The notes under the pieces are model-generated. The model ran no database searches, was not told the DNA's origin, and worked only from the letters and a program-made list of their open reading frames with translations. Shown here piece by piece: positions 47,319 to 57,383 of a stretch of DNA of 64,000 nucleotides. The translations under genes and the position numbers were made by a program. Each line of letters opens with the position of its first letter. The first letter of the stretch is position 1. The stretch is from Candidatus Poribacteria bacterium. Its GTDB lineage: Bacteria; Poribacteria; WGA-4E; PCPOR2b. The stretch spans positions 768,001 through 832,000 of the forward strand of contig OZ244042.1 in the NCBI GenBank assembly GCA_965215015.1, written 5' to 3'.

Positions 47319-48752
47319 TTATTTTTTTGCATCCCGCTTTGAGGCGCGTTGAATTGACCAGAGTGTCTTGAAAAGGATTTTGATGTCAAAGCCAATTGAC
47401 CAGTTTTCAATGTAGTACAGATCATAACGGATACGTTCCTCGAGCGAGGTATTCCCCCGGAGTCCGTTGATCTGTGCCCAGCCGGTGAGTCCGCATTTGA
47501 CACGGTGCCGGTCTAAGTAATGTGGGATCGATTTGCTGAAGCCGTCAATTAGTCCTGACATCTCCGGACGAGGCCCTACCAAACTCATATCTCCCTTGAG
47601 GACATTGAAGAATTGGGGAAGTTCATCTAAACACCAACGCCTTAGAAACCTACCGAGCCATGTCTGCCGTGGGTCGTCTTTTGAAGCCCAGACGTGTCCA
47701 ACGCCCACTTCCGCATCTTGTCGCATCGATCTGAACTTATAAATATAGAAAGGGTTACCATCTCGCCCCACCCGTTCCTGTCGAAAAATTACCTTCCCCG
47801 GCGACGAGAGCTTCACAGCGATAGCGATGACGAGCATCAATGGACTGCAAACAATCAGCGCGACGCCACTTAACAGGATGTCCATTCCACGTTTAATCAT
47901 TCGGCACCAGCCTTGGAGTGGCAGTTCCTTTAACTTGACGACTGGAATACCATCAAAATCCGCTACCTGTGTGTGGCCGATCATCACCTCATAGAGGTCT
48001 GGAAGCAGATGCAGTCGCACGGATAGTCCTTCGCACACATCCACAATTTGCAGAATCTCTGTGTGGGAAATCGCCGGTGAGGTGATGAACAGTTCATCAA
48101 TCCGATACTTCTGGATGAGACTCCGAACCTCCGTGAACTCACCAAGAATACGGTGAGTAATTGGTTGTGAGGGAGGCAGCTCACCGAGTAGGACGCCAAC
48201 AAATTGGTAACCGTTGCCCGTTTTCTCCTGGAGCGTGTGAATCAGTTGCTGTGTCGTCCTGTTAAAACCGACAACCGCAACACGACTGATACCCACGCCC
48301 AGCTGTTGGATCGCCGCTTTGAAACGCTGGATTGCTAGCCGATTGAAACACAGGAGAAGGACACTCAGTCCACACGACAAGATCATTACCCAGCGTGAAT
48401 ATTGGTGATTGTGATAGATGAAGAAAATTGCGCTGAGCGTGGCGATTGACGCAATCAACCCTGCTTTTGACAGGGACACTATTATTTCGAGGGTGACATG
48501 CCCCTCGATCCGGTAGAGTCCGCCCCCCCGGAGTACGAGGAGCCAGATGAATCCCATCAGCGGGATGAGTTGGAAATAGTAATCGAGCGGCGGCGGTGCT
48601 CCCTTATGGATGGCAACCCCGTCTAGCCACCCCGATTCAAAGCGGAGCCAGTATGCGATAAAAACCGATGTGCTGATGAAGCAGACATCTAGGAGAAGAG
48701 TTAAGATAATGAGGAATTGATCAAGGGTTTTGTTTGACATTGTTATATTCAA
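47319..48752 (-). CDS. Undecaprenyl-phosphate glucose phosphotransferase (WcaJ-type priming glycosyltransferase)
   Basis: Four N-terminal TM helices and a CoA-binding-like domain, then KRGMDI, FRQERVG, YKFRSM, LDELPQ, GDMSLVGPRP and GLTGWAQING. Confidence 0.93.
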   Translation of the reverse strand: MNITMSNKTLDQFLIILTLLLDVCFISTSVFIAYWLRFESGWLDGVAIHKGAPPPLDYYFQLIPLMGFIWLLVLRGGGLYRIEGHVTLEIIVSLSKAGLIASIATLSAIFFIYHNHQYSRWVMILSCGLSVLLLCFNRLAIQRFKAAIQQLGVGISRVAVVGFNRTTQQLIHTLQEKTGNGYQFVGVLLGELPPSQPITHRILGEFTEVRSLIQKYRIDELFITSPAISHTEILQIVDVCEGLSVRLHLLPDLYEVMIGHTQVADFDGIPVVKLKELPLQGWCRMIKRGMDILLSGVALIVCSPLMLVIAIAVKLSSPGKVIFRQERVGRDGNPFYIYKFRSMRQDAEVGVGHVWASKDDPRQTWLGRFLRRWCLDELPQFFNVLKGDMSLVGPRPEMSGLIDGFSKSIPHYLDRHRVKCGLTGWAQINGLRGNTSLEERIRYDLYYIENWSIGFDIKILFKTLWSIQRASKRDAKK

Positions 48753-48919
48753 TTTCAGTGCACCTATTCGGATTGATGGAATTGTATCAAAAACAGCTGC
48801 AATTTATCAATGCTAATTTGTATGGGGTGACGGAACTATTTTCGTTGCAGCAGTAATCGTTCAAACGGAGGTAACATTCGTAAGATGGGTGGGTCACAAA
48901 GGCCAACCTAATTTTAGCA

Positions 48920-48949
48920 TTGCGACTGCGCTAGTGGGTATGCTATAAT
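48920..48949 (+). promoter_or_regulatory. Sigma70-type promoter
   Basis: TTGCGA-N18-TATAAT with TGn extension. Confidence 0.5.
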
Positions 48950-49042
48950 CGGAAATCGGACTCTCAGTTGCTTGGCTTAGATCCGGTATTCCCCTACATG
49001 AAGATTTGGGCTGCGTATCCGATTATAAGAAGGAAGAACTGT

Positions 49043-49912
49043 ATGAGAAATTCCTTACCATTCCGATGGAATCGGGCTTCAAAGCAACTTGCAACCCCGA
49101 TTGTATTGAGATTCACAGTAATTTGTGTGATTGCTATCTTTTTAGCAATTCCATCGGCGGTTCTCGCACGCGCCACTGTATCCATCCAACCGTCAGAGAT
49201 GAAGTCTCCAACCGTCGGAAAGGAATTTTCTGTGGCTGTGGCTATCAACAATGGCGCAAATGTTGCCGCGTATCAAGTCACCGTGGAGTTCAATCCAAGG
49301 ACGCTTGCATTTGTAGACACAAAGAATGCCGACTACTTGCCGGTGGGTGCCTTTGTGGTGCCACCGCTTATTGCTGACAATAACGTAACATTGGCGGCGG
49401 CCTCTCTGGCTGGTACATCCAATGGAGACGGCATCCTCGCAACCATTACTTTTGCTGTAATCGAGGCGAATCCTTCCATAATCGGATTTACGGTGGTTCT
49501 CCTGTCAGACTCAGATGCTAACCGGCTGGACGTAATCACGACAAACGGTCAAATTACAGGCCCTGCAGAGGTTAATGAATTTCCTGTCGCCATCATCAAC
49601 GCCGTACCGACGAAAGTTTTCACGGGCCAAACGGTTTCATTGAGCGGTGCAGGTTCGCTAGACGACAGCGGGATTAGACATTACGTTTGGCATTTTGGCG
49701 ACGGTTCGAGTGCCGAACAGAAAGAAACGGTCACGCATGTTTATAAGCAATCCGGTAATTATACCGTTACACTCACGGTTACCGATGATGGGATTCCCCC
49801 ACTGACAGATCAAGCGATTTTAATACTCACGGTTACTGATAAAAATTTGCCTGTCCATCAACGGAGAAAACAGATAACATCATGGGGGCGGCTTAAAAAA
49901 ATCACAAGATAA
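49043..49912 (+). CDS. Secreted cohesin-like + PKD domain protein with C-terminal TSWGRLK tail
   Basis: Signal peptide ending AVLA; cohesin-like VGKEFSVAVAI..YQVTVEFNP..NGDGILATITF; PKD YVWHFGDG..HVYKQSGNYTVTLTVTD. Confidence 0.82.
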   Translation: MRNSLPFRWNRASKQLATPIVLRFTVICVIAIFLAIPSAVLARATVSIQPSEMKSPTVGKEFSVAVAINNGANVAAYQVTVEFNPRTLAFVDTKNADYLPVGAFVVPPLIADNNVTLAAASLAGTSNGDGILATITFAVIEANPSIIGFTVVLLSDSDANRLDVITTNGQITGPAEVNEFPVAIINAVPTKVFTGQTVSLSGAGSLDDSGIRHYVWHFGDGSSAEQKETVTHVYKQSGNYTVTLTVTDDGIPPLTDQAILILTVTDKNLPVHQRRKQITSWGRLKKITR

Positions 49913-49949
49913 AGGATAAACAGGGAATCCTTGATAAGGAGATAGGAAG

Positions 49950-50984
49950 ATGAGATTGATTCAATTTCAGTTGCCAGAAAAAGGAAGGCGGGTCGGATAT
50001 ATTGATGGCGATCAGGTTATCGACCTGACCAGCGTCAATACGGAGTGGACATGGATCTATAATCTCTTCTTTGAGGCTCGCAGACGGAAAAAAACTATCG
50101 GTGCGTATATTGCAGCGACTCCCACTGAGGCCGCAGACCGAGTGTTGTATAATCAGCTGTTAACCGGGCGACCGGGGGATGCAAGCGGATGGATCTTACC
50201 CCCACTCGATCATCCGGACCCAGCCCACTGCACAGTTTCCGGGACAGGGCTAACGCATCTCGGGAGTATGGAAGCACGGGACCAGATGCACACAATCGCT
50301 GACACCAATGAGGCAACGAAGACAGATTCGCAGAAGATGTTTGAGATGGGGTTGAAAGGTGGTAAACCCGCGCCCGGTGAGCGTGGAATACAGCCCGAAT
50401 GGTTCTATAAAGGGAACGGGACAATTCTCCGGGGCCACAACGACTTTCTGGATATTCCCGACTTTACAAAAGATGGCGGAGAGGAACCGGAAATTGTGGG
50501 TTGCTACGTCATTGACGCCGATGGGATTCCCTGCCGGCTCGGTTTTACAATCGGCAACGAATGGGCAGACCATCCTATGGAGCGCGTGAATTACCTGTGG
50601 CTTGCTCTCTCGAAAATGCGCGTTTGTGCTGTAGGGCCTGAATTAGTAACCGACGAGTCATTTGCGGATCTTCGAGGCAGCTGCCGTATCGTACGGGAAT
50701 CGGAGGAAATCTATCATTCCGGCGATCTCCTCACGGGCGAAGCGCACATGAGCCACACCCTTGCCAATCTCGAAGACCATCACTTTAAGTATCCCCACTT
50801 TCGGATCCCCGGCGATGTGCACATGCACTACTTTGGAACCATGAAACTCTCTTTCCCAGACAGACCGACCTATGAAACCGGGGATAAGATTGAAATCCAC
50901 TTTAATGGGATGGGGGCAACGCTCGTCAACTATGTCCGTCAGATTCCGGTGTCGAAGACACAGGTTGGGGTGGAGAAGGGATAG
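49950..50984 (+). CDS. AraD1/GguC-like fumarylacetoacetate hydrolase superfamily protein
   Basis: MRLIQF, DHPDPAH, GTGLTHLGS, QPEWFYKGNG, DGGEEPEI, NLEDHHFKY. Confidence 0.85.
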   Translation: MRLIQFQLPEKGRRVGYIDGDQVIDLTSVNTEWTWIYNLFFEARRRKKTIGAYIAATPTEAADRVLYNQLLTGRPGDASGWILPPLDHPDPAHCTVSGTGLTHLGSMEARDQMHTIADTNEATKTDSQKMFEMGLKGGKPAPGERGIQPEWFYKGNGTILRGHNDFLDIPDFTKDGGEEPEIVGCYVIDADGIPCRLGFTIGNEWADHPMERVNYLWLALSKMRVCAVGPELVTDESFADLRGSCRIVRESEEIYHSGDLLTGEAHMSHTLANLEDHHFKYPHFRIPGDVHMHYFGTMKLSFPDRPTYETGDKIEIHFNGMGATLVNYVRQIPVSKTQVGVEKG

Positions 50985-51043
50985 AACGTCAATTTATCGG
51001 GCTGCTGATTCGTGCATTGATTTCGATGGAATTGGGAAACCGG

Positions 51044-51958
51044 TTATCGAGCGATGCGAAACCCAATCACAAACTCCGTGTACTCCTTACTGAAGAAGTC
51101 ATAGCTTGTGCAGGTGCTGTAATCGTGGTTGTAGTACCACGCCCCACCCCTGACCACGCGAAAGTGTGGGTCGTCTTCGTCGTACCATGTGCTTGTCCAT
51201 TCCCACACGTTCCCTAGCATATCGTAGCAACCGAAGGGGCTAATCCCGTCTGGGAAAGCACCCACAGGGGTTGTGCCGCCCGCCCCAAGTTCTACGGTGT
51301 TGCAGCGCGGTTTGTCGATTTCATCTCCCCACGGAAATAGGCGTTCATCATCGCCGCGAACAGTCCGCTCCCATTCCTCGAAGGCGGGCAATCGGGAACC
51401 TACCCACCCTGCATACGCTTCCGCCTCCTCACAACTCACCTCCACGACCGGGTGATCGCCCTTTTTTTGGGGGTATGCTCCGTCCTCCCAAGATTGTGGC
51501 TGCTGATGCCCTGTTGCCTGAATGAACCGCTGGTACTGTGCGTTCGTCACCGGGTAGCGAGCCATCTGGAATCTTTCCACCCAGAGCGGGGTCAACTCCT
51601 CACCGATCAACACTTTCCCGGAGGGGATGTCAACCATGTTATCCAATACCTGAAAAGCAGCATCACGGATGCTTTGATCCGCGTAATCAAGGGCATGACC
51701 GAGCGGTGAAATAACCTCTCCTATTGGCGGCGTTGTGAGCGGGCACATCTGCTCCCAACCCAGATTCGTCGCTAACAGTAGACGAGCAGCTTCCGCTAAG
51801 GATTCCTCAAAGTGCCATGTCCAGTACTGCTTGAGCAGTTGCTGCAACGCCTCCGGATCATCACTCTGTGTGAGCGTAACCCTCGCTTTCCGCGAATCTG
51901 TCCCGCTTTGTTCACTCAGCGTCTTCAGACTTATCAATTCTGCCAATGTACTTCCCAC
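51044..51958 (-). CDS. FGE-sulfatase (SUMF1-like) domain protein
   Basis: YPVTNAQY, HPVVEVS, RLP..EEWE, FPWG, SPFGCYDMLGNVWEW, RGGAW, GFR; lacks the FGE catalytic Cys pair. Confidence 0.85.
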   Translation of the reverse strand: MGSTLAELISLKTLSEQSGTDSRKARVTLTQSDDPEALQQLLKQYWTWHFEESLAEAARLLLATNLGWEQMCPLTTPPIGEVISPLGHALDYADQSIRDAAFQVLDNMVDIPSGKVLIGEELTPLWVERFQMARYPVTNAQYQRFIQATGHQQPQSWEDGAYPQKKGDHPVVEVSCEEAEAYAGWVGSRLPAFEEWERTVRGDDERLFPWGDEIDKPRCNTVELGAGGTTPVGAFPDGISPFGCYDMLGNVWEWTSTWYDEDDPHFRVVRGGAWYYNHDYSTCTSYDFFSKEYTEFVIGFRIAR

Positions 51959-51980
51959 CTTCTTAGGACTCGAATGCGTA

Positions 51981-53117
51981 TCACTCCAACGTCGATATAT
52001 CCTCCACTAGTTGCTTCAACCGTCCTAGGAACTGTGCTGCGATTACACCATCAACAACCCGATGGTCACACGACAGCGTCAGTGCTATTCGCACCCCGGG
52101 CACTATCTGTCCATCTTTGACCACAGGCTTCTCCACAATCGCCCCAACAGCGAGGATGGCCGCTTCCGGGGCGTGGATAATAGCATGAAAGGTCTCAATG
52201 TCGTACATGCCCAAGTTCGTGATGCTGAACCCTGCGCCGGATACTTTATCCGCCGACAGTTTTCCAGACCGCGCTCCATCAACCAGCGAACGCACGGTTT
52301 CAGCAATCTCGATGAGTGCCTGCTGATTGGCATCGCGTATCACAGGCACAACCAGTCCGCCCTCCACTGCGGTGATTAGCCCGACGTTCACGGTGTGAGG
52401 AATGGCGAACGCATCGCCCTCAACACTTGCCCGCATTTGTGGATATTCGTGAAGTGCCAATCCGGCCGCCTTGACCAAACAGTGGGTGACTGAGATGCCT
52501 TCTGGACGATCATTCAAAAGTGACGCTGCATCTGCCTCCAGCGTAAGGTAGAAGTGCGGGGCATTCTGGAAGCTCTCTTGGGTCATCTGAGCAATGGCAC
52601 GACGCATTGAACTCATTGGCACTCGATCGACATCAGAGGATGCCCGGCTGGCTTCTATGGCATGTTCCACATCCCCGGTTGTTATCGCACCGCCGGGGCC
52701 GCTGCCTGACAGCCCTGCCAGATCAATTCCATGCTCCGTTGCGAGTTTTCGGGCAGCGGGGGAGGCTCGTACCCGACCTGTTGCCGCGCGACGCGGACGC
52801 GCAGACGGGCTTGGGGTTGTGCTAGTCTGCGTTGCTTCAGGAGTTGGGGAAGGAACCTCCTCAACTTCGGGGAGGGGTTCATCTGCCTCGCCGATAAAAC
52901 CCATCGTCACACCCACGGGTCGTGTCTCCCCTTCGCGGATAAATATCTTGCGTAGGAGTCCCGACGCGGGTGCAGTAATCTCAATGGTTGTCTTTTCAGT
53001 CTCTACCTCGCACAGAAGCTGTCCCTCCTCAACGCGGTCTCCCTCTGCTACACTCCACCCGATAACCGTTGACGCCTCGCTGGTAAAACCCGATTTGGGG
53101 AGCACAATCGGTGTCAT
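51981..53117 (-). CDS. 2-oxoacid/acetoin dehydrogenase E2 (dihydrolipoamide acyltransferase)
   Basis: Lipoyl domain EVETEK, subunit-binding domain ASPAARKLA, catalytic DHRVVDG. Confidence 0.92.
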   Translation of the reverse strand: MTPIVLPKSGFTSEASTVIGWSVAEGDRVEEGQLLCEVETEKTTIEITAPASGLLRKIFIREGETRPVGVTMGFIGEADEPLPEVEEVPSPTPEATQTSTTPSPSARPRRAATGRVRASPAARKLATEHGIDLAGLSGSGPGGAITTGDVEHAIEASRASSDVDRVPMSSMRRAIAQMTQESFQNAPHFYLTLEADAASLLNDRPEGISVTHCLVKAAGLALHEYPQMRASVEGDAFAIPHTVNVGLITAVEGGLVVPVIRDANQQALIEIAETVRSLVDGARSGKLSADKVSGAGFSITNLGMYDIETFHAIIHAPEAAILAVGAIVEKPVVKDGQIVPGVRIALTLSCDHRVVDGVIAAQFLGRLKQLVEDISTLE

Positions 53118-54136
53118 ACAGACATCACCTCCTGGATTGTCTCCACAACCCGCTCTTGCGAGGGGATGTAGGCATTTTCTAACGTTGGACTAAAGGGCAC
53201 GGGTGTGTGGGGTGCGGTGATACGCTTGATTGGTGCCTCAAGGCTATAGAACGCCTCGTCCGCTGCTAACGCCGCGATGTCCGTAGCAAGACTGCACCGC
53301 GGGGTGTCCTCATCGACAATCACGAGGCGACCTGTTTTCTCCACCGAATCCAGAATGGTTCCACCGTCCAACGGGCTAAGTGTTCGTGGATCTATGACCT
53401 CAACACTGACCCCCTCAGCTGCAAGCGTCTCCGCTGCAGATAGTGCTACGTTGACCATCTTTGCAATGGCGACGATGGTCACATCGCTGCCTCCGCGTCT
53501 AATTTCTGCTTTGCCCAAGGGTACGGTGTACGGGTCTTCGGGCACGGGTCCCTTTTCACCCAGCAGCGTCTTGTGTTCAAGGAAAAACACGGGGTCGTCA
53601 TCCCGAATGGCGGCAATCATCAGTCCCTTGGCATCGTAGGGTGTGGTGGGGATTACCACCTTTAAGCCGGGAATGTGGGTGAAAATGGAGTAGAGGCTCT
53701 GAGAGTGCTGTGCCGCTGCGTTCACCCCTGCCCCAATCAGCGCACGGATGACCATCGGGACCTTCGCCTTGCCGCCGAACATGTAACGCAGTTTCGCGCC
53801 TTGATTGTAAATCTGATCCATCGGGATACCAAAGAAATCAATGAACATCAACGCAGCGATGGGTCGCAAGCCTGTTGCCGCCGCACCAACGGCTGCGCCA
53901 ATAAAACCAGCCTCGCTGATCGGCGTGTCGCGCACTCGATTGCGTCCAAATTTGCTTACCAGTCCTCGGGTGATGCCCATCGGGCCTCCCCAAGAATCCT
54001 CTGCACCCGGCTCGTCCGATCCAGCACCACCAACGATATCCTCACCCATCATAATGACCGTGGAGTCGCGCTCCATCTCTTGATGGAGCGCCTCACGGAT
54101 AGCCAGCCCAAGCGTCATTGTACGTTCTTCGCCCAT
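53114..54136 (-). CDS. acoB: Acetoin/pyruvate dehydrogenase E1 beta subunit (AcoB-like)
   Basis: MGEDI, DSWGG..G.TRGL insert typical of AcoB, DTPISE, AAQHSQ, IDPRTLSP. Confidence 0.8.
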   Translation of the reverse strand: MGEERTMTLGLAIREALHQEMERDSTVIMMGEDIVGGAGSDEPGAEDSWGGPMGITRGLVSKFGRNRVRDTPISEAGFIGAAVGAAATGLRPIAALMFIDFFGIPMDQIYNQGAKLRYMFGGKAKVPMVIRALIGAGVNAAAQHSQSLYSIFTHIPGLKVVIPTTPYDAKGLMIAAIRDDDPVFFLEHKTLLGEKGPVPEDPYTVPLGKAEIRRGGSDVTIVAIAKMVNVALSAAETLAAEGVSVEVIDPRTLSPLDGGTILDSVEKTGRLVIVDEDTPRCSLATDIAALAADEAFYSLEAPIKRITAPHTPVPFSPTLENAYIPSQERVVETIQEVMSV

Positions 54137-55116
54137 TATATTGCCTCCTCATAATTAACGTAAACGTCTGTCGTTACCTCGCTTGCATCAGGGAAGGGGC
54201 TGTTTGCTGCAAATTTGACAGCCGCCTCAATTGCGTCAGCGACCTGTGCATCAATTGCGTCCAGTTCGTCCTCCCCTAACAATCCTTGTTCAGTAACACG
54301 GTCACGGAACCGTTGGAGGGCACAATGTTTGGTCCGATACTCCTCAATTTCCTCCCTTGACCGATACCCCTGCGTATCGCCTTCGTAGTGACCATAAAAG
54401 CGGTAGGTCTGGCACTCTAACAGTGTGGGACCGTCTCCCGCCCGCGCCCTGTCAATGGCCGCACCTGTTGTCTCATAAACGTCGAAGAGATCTAAGCCAT
54501 CAACAGTAACGCCGGGGATGCCGTAGGCTTGGGCACGTGCGGCGATGTCCCCGCCGGCAGAGGCGTACTTCACGCTCGTGGATTGGGCGTAACGGTTGTT
54601 TTCTACAACAAATATCGCGGGAAGTTTCCAGATAGCTGCCAAGTTCAAGCCCTCGTGGAAGGTGCCTTCGTTCGCACCACCATCTCCAAAAAAACTGACA
54701 GCAACTGCTCCGCTGCCCTGTACCTGTGCTGTGAGTGCTGCCCCGCAAGCCAGCGGAACACCGCCGCCGACAATACCGTTAGCACCGAGCATGCCCCGGT
54801 CAATATCAGCAATGTGCATGGAGCCGCCCTTACCTTTGCAGGCACCGGTAGCGCGTCCATACAACTCAGCCATCATCTCGTTGACACCGACACCTTTGGC
54901 AATGCAGTGGCCGTGACCGCGGTGGGTGCTGGTGATGCTGTCCGCATCGGACAGGTGAGCACAGACGCCGACCGCCACCGCCTCCTCCCCCGCGTAAAGG
55001 TGGACGAAGCCCGGAATTCGGCCGGCGGCGTATTCGTCGTGCACCCGATCCTCGAACTTGCGGATGGTGACCATCCGCTCATAGATTTCAAGTAGTTTGT
55101 CCCTTGGCATGTCCAT
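54136..55116 (-). CDS. acoA: Acetoin/pyruvate dehydrogenase E1 alpha subunit (AcoA-like)
   Basis: IPGFVHLYAGEEA, STHRGHGH, GKGGSMH, TPP motif GDG...ENN, RFYGHYEGD. Confidence 0.8.
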   Translation of the reverse strand: MDMPRDKLLEIYERMVTIRKFEDRVHDEYAAGRIPGFVHLYAGEEAVAVGVCAHLSDADSITSTHRGHGHCIAKGVGVNEMMAELYGRATGACKGKGGSMHIADIDRGMLGANGIVGGGVPLACGAALTAQVQGSGAVAVSFFGDGGANEGTFHEGLNLAAIWKLPAIFVVENNRYAQSTSVKYASAGGDIAARAQAYGIPGVTVDGLDLFDVYETTGAAIDRARAGDGPTLLECQTYRFYGHYEGDTQGYRSREEIEEYRTKHCALQRFRDRVTEQGLLGEDELDAIDAQVADAIEAAVKFAANSPFPDASEVTTDVYVNYEEAI

Positions 55117-55139
55117 ACGATTCTCCTTAATTTATGTTG

Positions 55140-55991
55140 TCAGCTCATAGATGAACCACCGGCGACATTAATAGCGAGGCCGGTGAGATAATCAGATTCA
55201 GATGAAGCGAGAAAAGCCGTCGTTTTCGCCACATCTTCTCCTACGGCAACCCGCCCCAAGGGAACTCTCGAATCGCGTTGCTTCATTGCCTCAGCGTGCC
55301 GTCCACTCGCCCGCCACTCTTCGCCGGATATATCCTCCGACGATAGAGCAGCCGCTATGTAACTCCACCGTTCCGTATCAACAACACCGGGACAGATGGC
55401 GTTCACGTTAATATGGTAGGGTGCTAATTCTTGTGCCAAGGCTTGCGTGAAGCCGATTACTCCGAATTTAGAGGAGGCATAAGCTGCGAAACGTGCCGAA
55501 CCGCTTTTGCCCGATACGGAGGACATGGTAATGATTTTTCCACCCCCGCCGCGGTCTATCATATGCCGAGCAACAGCTCTACAGCAGAGAAAGGTCCCTT
55601 TGAGGTTAATTCTGTGCACGGTATCCCACGCCCCTTCCTCTAGTTCAACCACCGGCACACGATCTGGACCAGGACGTGAGCCAGCATTGCTCACCAAGAT
55701 GTCAATATGCCCGAACCGCTCAACGCCCTCATTCACCAGCGCGTCCACCTGATCGGCGTCAGATACATCTGCTAAGATAGTCACTGCCTGCCGCCCCAAT
55801 GTCTCAATTTCACGGACAACGGAAGGAGCTCCCTCCCAATCGTTTGAATCATAGGCATAAGGATTATCGACAATGTCATTGACAATGACATCGGCCCCCT
55901 CCTTGGCAAGGCGTGTGGCAATCGCACGACCAATGCCGTATTCACCACCCGCGCCTGTTACTAGGGCAACTTTTCCGTTAAGATTGTACAT
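55140..55991 (-). CDS. Short-chain dehydrogenase/reductase
   Basis: TGAGGEYGIG, SNAG, YASSK, NAICPG. Confidence 0.92.
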   Translation of the reverse strand: MYNLNGKVALVTGAGGEYGIGRAIATRLAKEGADVIVNDIVDNPYAYDSNDWEGAPSVVREIETLGRQAVTILADVSDADQVDALVNEGVERFGHIDILVSNAGSRPGPDRVPVVELEEGAWDTVHRINLKGTFLCCRAVARHMIDRGGGGKIITMSSVSGKSGSARFAAYASSKFGVIGFTQALAQELAPYHINVNAICPGVVDTERWSYIAAALSSEDISGEEWRASGRHAEAMKQRDSRVPLGRVAVGEDVAKTTAFLASSESDYLTGLAINVAGGSSMS

Positions 55992-56093
55992 ATAATTTCC
56001 CTTCTGCTGACCGGCTTTGTATGAGCCCCTCGAACGGAAACAGATTCGTTTCTGCTGGCTAAGTTTTGATCCTCGACTAACCAGCCAAGAGAC

Positions 56094-56960
56094 TCACTCT
56101 CCTTCCCGGCGGGGTCTCACTAGTGTGGTGCCATCCGCCTCAATCAGCGGGCGATGGTAAATGTACGGCGGCTCCAGCACTGCTTGCTGGGCTTCAGTCA
56201 GTTCAGAGAGCCACTCCGGCATATTTGCTTCGTAATAGCCCCCGTGATAGTGGAGGTACTTGGGAGTATAGCGGTAGAGGGCTGTGCGTCTCTCACCCTT
56301 TCCCTTCCAAGGGAGGGTGCCGTGGGTGGTGGCTTCGTTGAAGATGACCAAATCACCAGCCGAAAGGGGGATATGATAGACAATCTCCCGGTCGGTTTCC
56401 CATAACAGGATGTCTTCGGGACAGGGGTAGTTGGCTTTGTGGCTGCCCGGTATGACACACAGACCACCATCGCCGGGATTCACATCCGTCATGTAAAACT
56501 GGCAGTTGATTAGACCGCAGCGCATTCTACCGTTTTGGTAGGCGTAGAAGCGGGATCCGTTGAAAGTGACGTTGCCATCGCCATGAAGACGCAGCCCCTC
56601 GGCACCGGCTGTGGAGGTTAGTATATCGGGCGCGTGGTCCAGTTTCCAACCGCGACCCAGCAAGGTATTGAGGTAAGGGATGAGCTTGGGATGGGCTAAC
56701 AAATCGCGAAAAGGCTGACACCAAGGATGCTCCCAAGTTAGCATACCGCTGATATGACCGCGGAGGTGTGTTCCCTCCAACTGGGCCCCAACTGCGCGAC
56801 TGGTGTGTTCGCCATGTTTATCTAGGTTGGCGTCGACAGCTTCGTTCAGGTGTTTCACCTCGGCGGTCGAGAGCAAACCTCTGACGACGAGAAAGCCCTG
56901 CAGATCGAACAGGTATTTTTCTCGCTCGCTCATTGTGGGGAACTGTTCTGCTTCGTACAT
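56094..56960 (-). CDS. PhyH family Fe(II)/2OG dioxygenase
   Basis: YLFDLQGF, LHGD, IPGSHK, TTHGTLPW; GGAGG RBS before ATG 56960. Confidence 0.88.
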   Translation of the reverse strand: MYEAEQFPTMSEREKYLFDLQGFLVVRGLLSTAEVKHLNEAVDANLDKHGEHTSRAVGAQLEGTHLRGHISGMLTWEHPWCQPFRDLLAHPKLIPYLNTLLGRGWKLDHAPDILTSTAGAEGLRLHGDGNVTFNGSRFYAYQNGRMRCGLINCQFYMTDVNPGDGGLCVIPGSHKANYPCPEDILLWETDREIVYHIPLSAGDLVIFNEATTHGTLPWKGKGERRTALYRYTPKYLHYHGGYYEANMPEWLSELTEAQQAVLEPPYIYHRPLIEADGTTLVRPRREGE

Positions 56961-57100
56961 AATTGCCACCTCCCGTTTGGCGTGTGAATTAATGATACCC
57001 AAGCGCGGGGTCGAGGACACCAATCGGTGCCCTTATTACCAAAGGGTAATTACTATACCACCGCCCCCCAATCGAGTCAAGCGAAAACCGATCACGACAA

Positions 57101-57225
57101 TAGGGGATTGCATCTGTTATAGAAATTACACAGCAGGGATCACAGGCTAGGAAACCTATGGCTACGAGTACATTTCCATTGTCGTATGCTCAAGTCCCAT
57201 ACACTGTTTACATGCAATTACCCTA
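57101..57225. mobile_element. 125-bp MITE, family 4, with a 10-bp target-site duplication
   Basis: Ends TAGGGGATTGCATCT / rc TAGGGTAATTGCATGT. Flanks ATCACGACAA (57091-57100) and ATCACGATAA (57226-57235). Confidence 0.75.
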
Positions 57226-57244
57226 ATCACGATAACGTTTTCTG

Positions 57245-57273
57245 TTGACGCTATAGAACAATCGTGATATAAA
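57245..57273 (+). promoter_or_regulatory. Sigma70-type promoter
   Basis: TTGACG-N17-TATAAA with TGn extension. Confidence 0.45.
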
Positions 57274-57383
57274 AATAGGGGTGATACGTTATTATTTCCT
57301 CAACTCAAGAGACTAGTAGGCTATCCTACCGGCGACAGAATCAACCTAGTCAGGATTGCGCCTAAACGCAAGGAGGCTTTCTC

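Noticed and set aside
51044-51958. True formylglycine-generating enzyme for the sulfatase
   Set aside because: The catalytic Cys pair after RGG is absent; only the fold motifs remain.
29559-55095. Long antisense or alternative-frame ORFs (e.g. 29559-30212, 36596-37228, 52594-53193, 54529-55095)
   Set aside because: They overlap well-supported genes and are the shadow ORFs expected in moderately GC-rich coding DNA.
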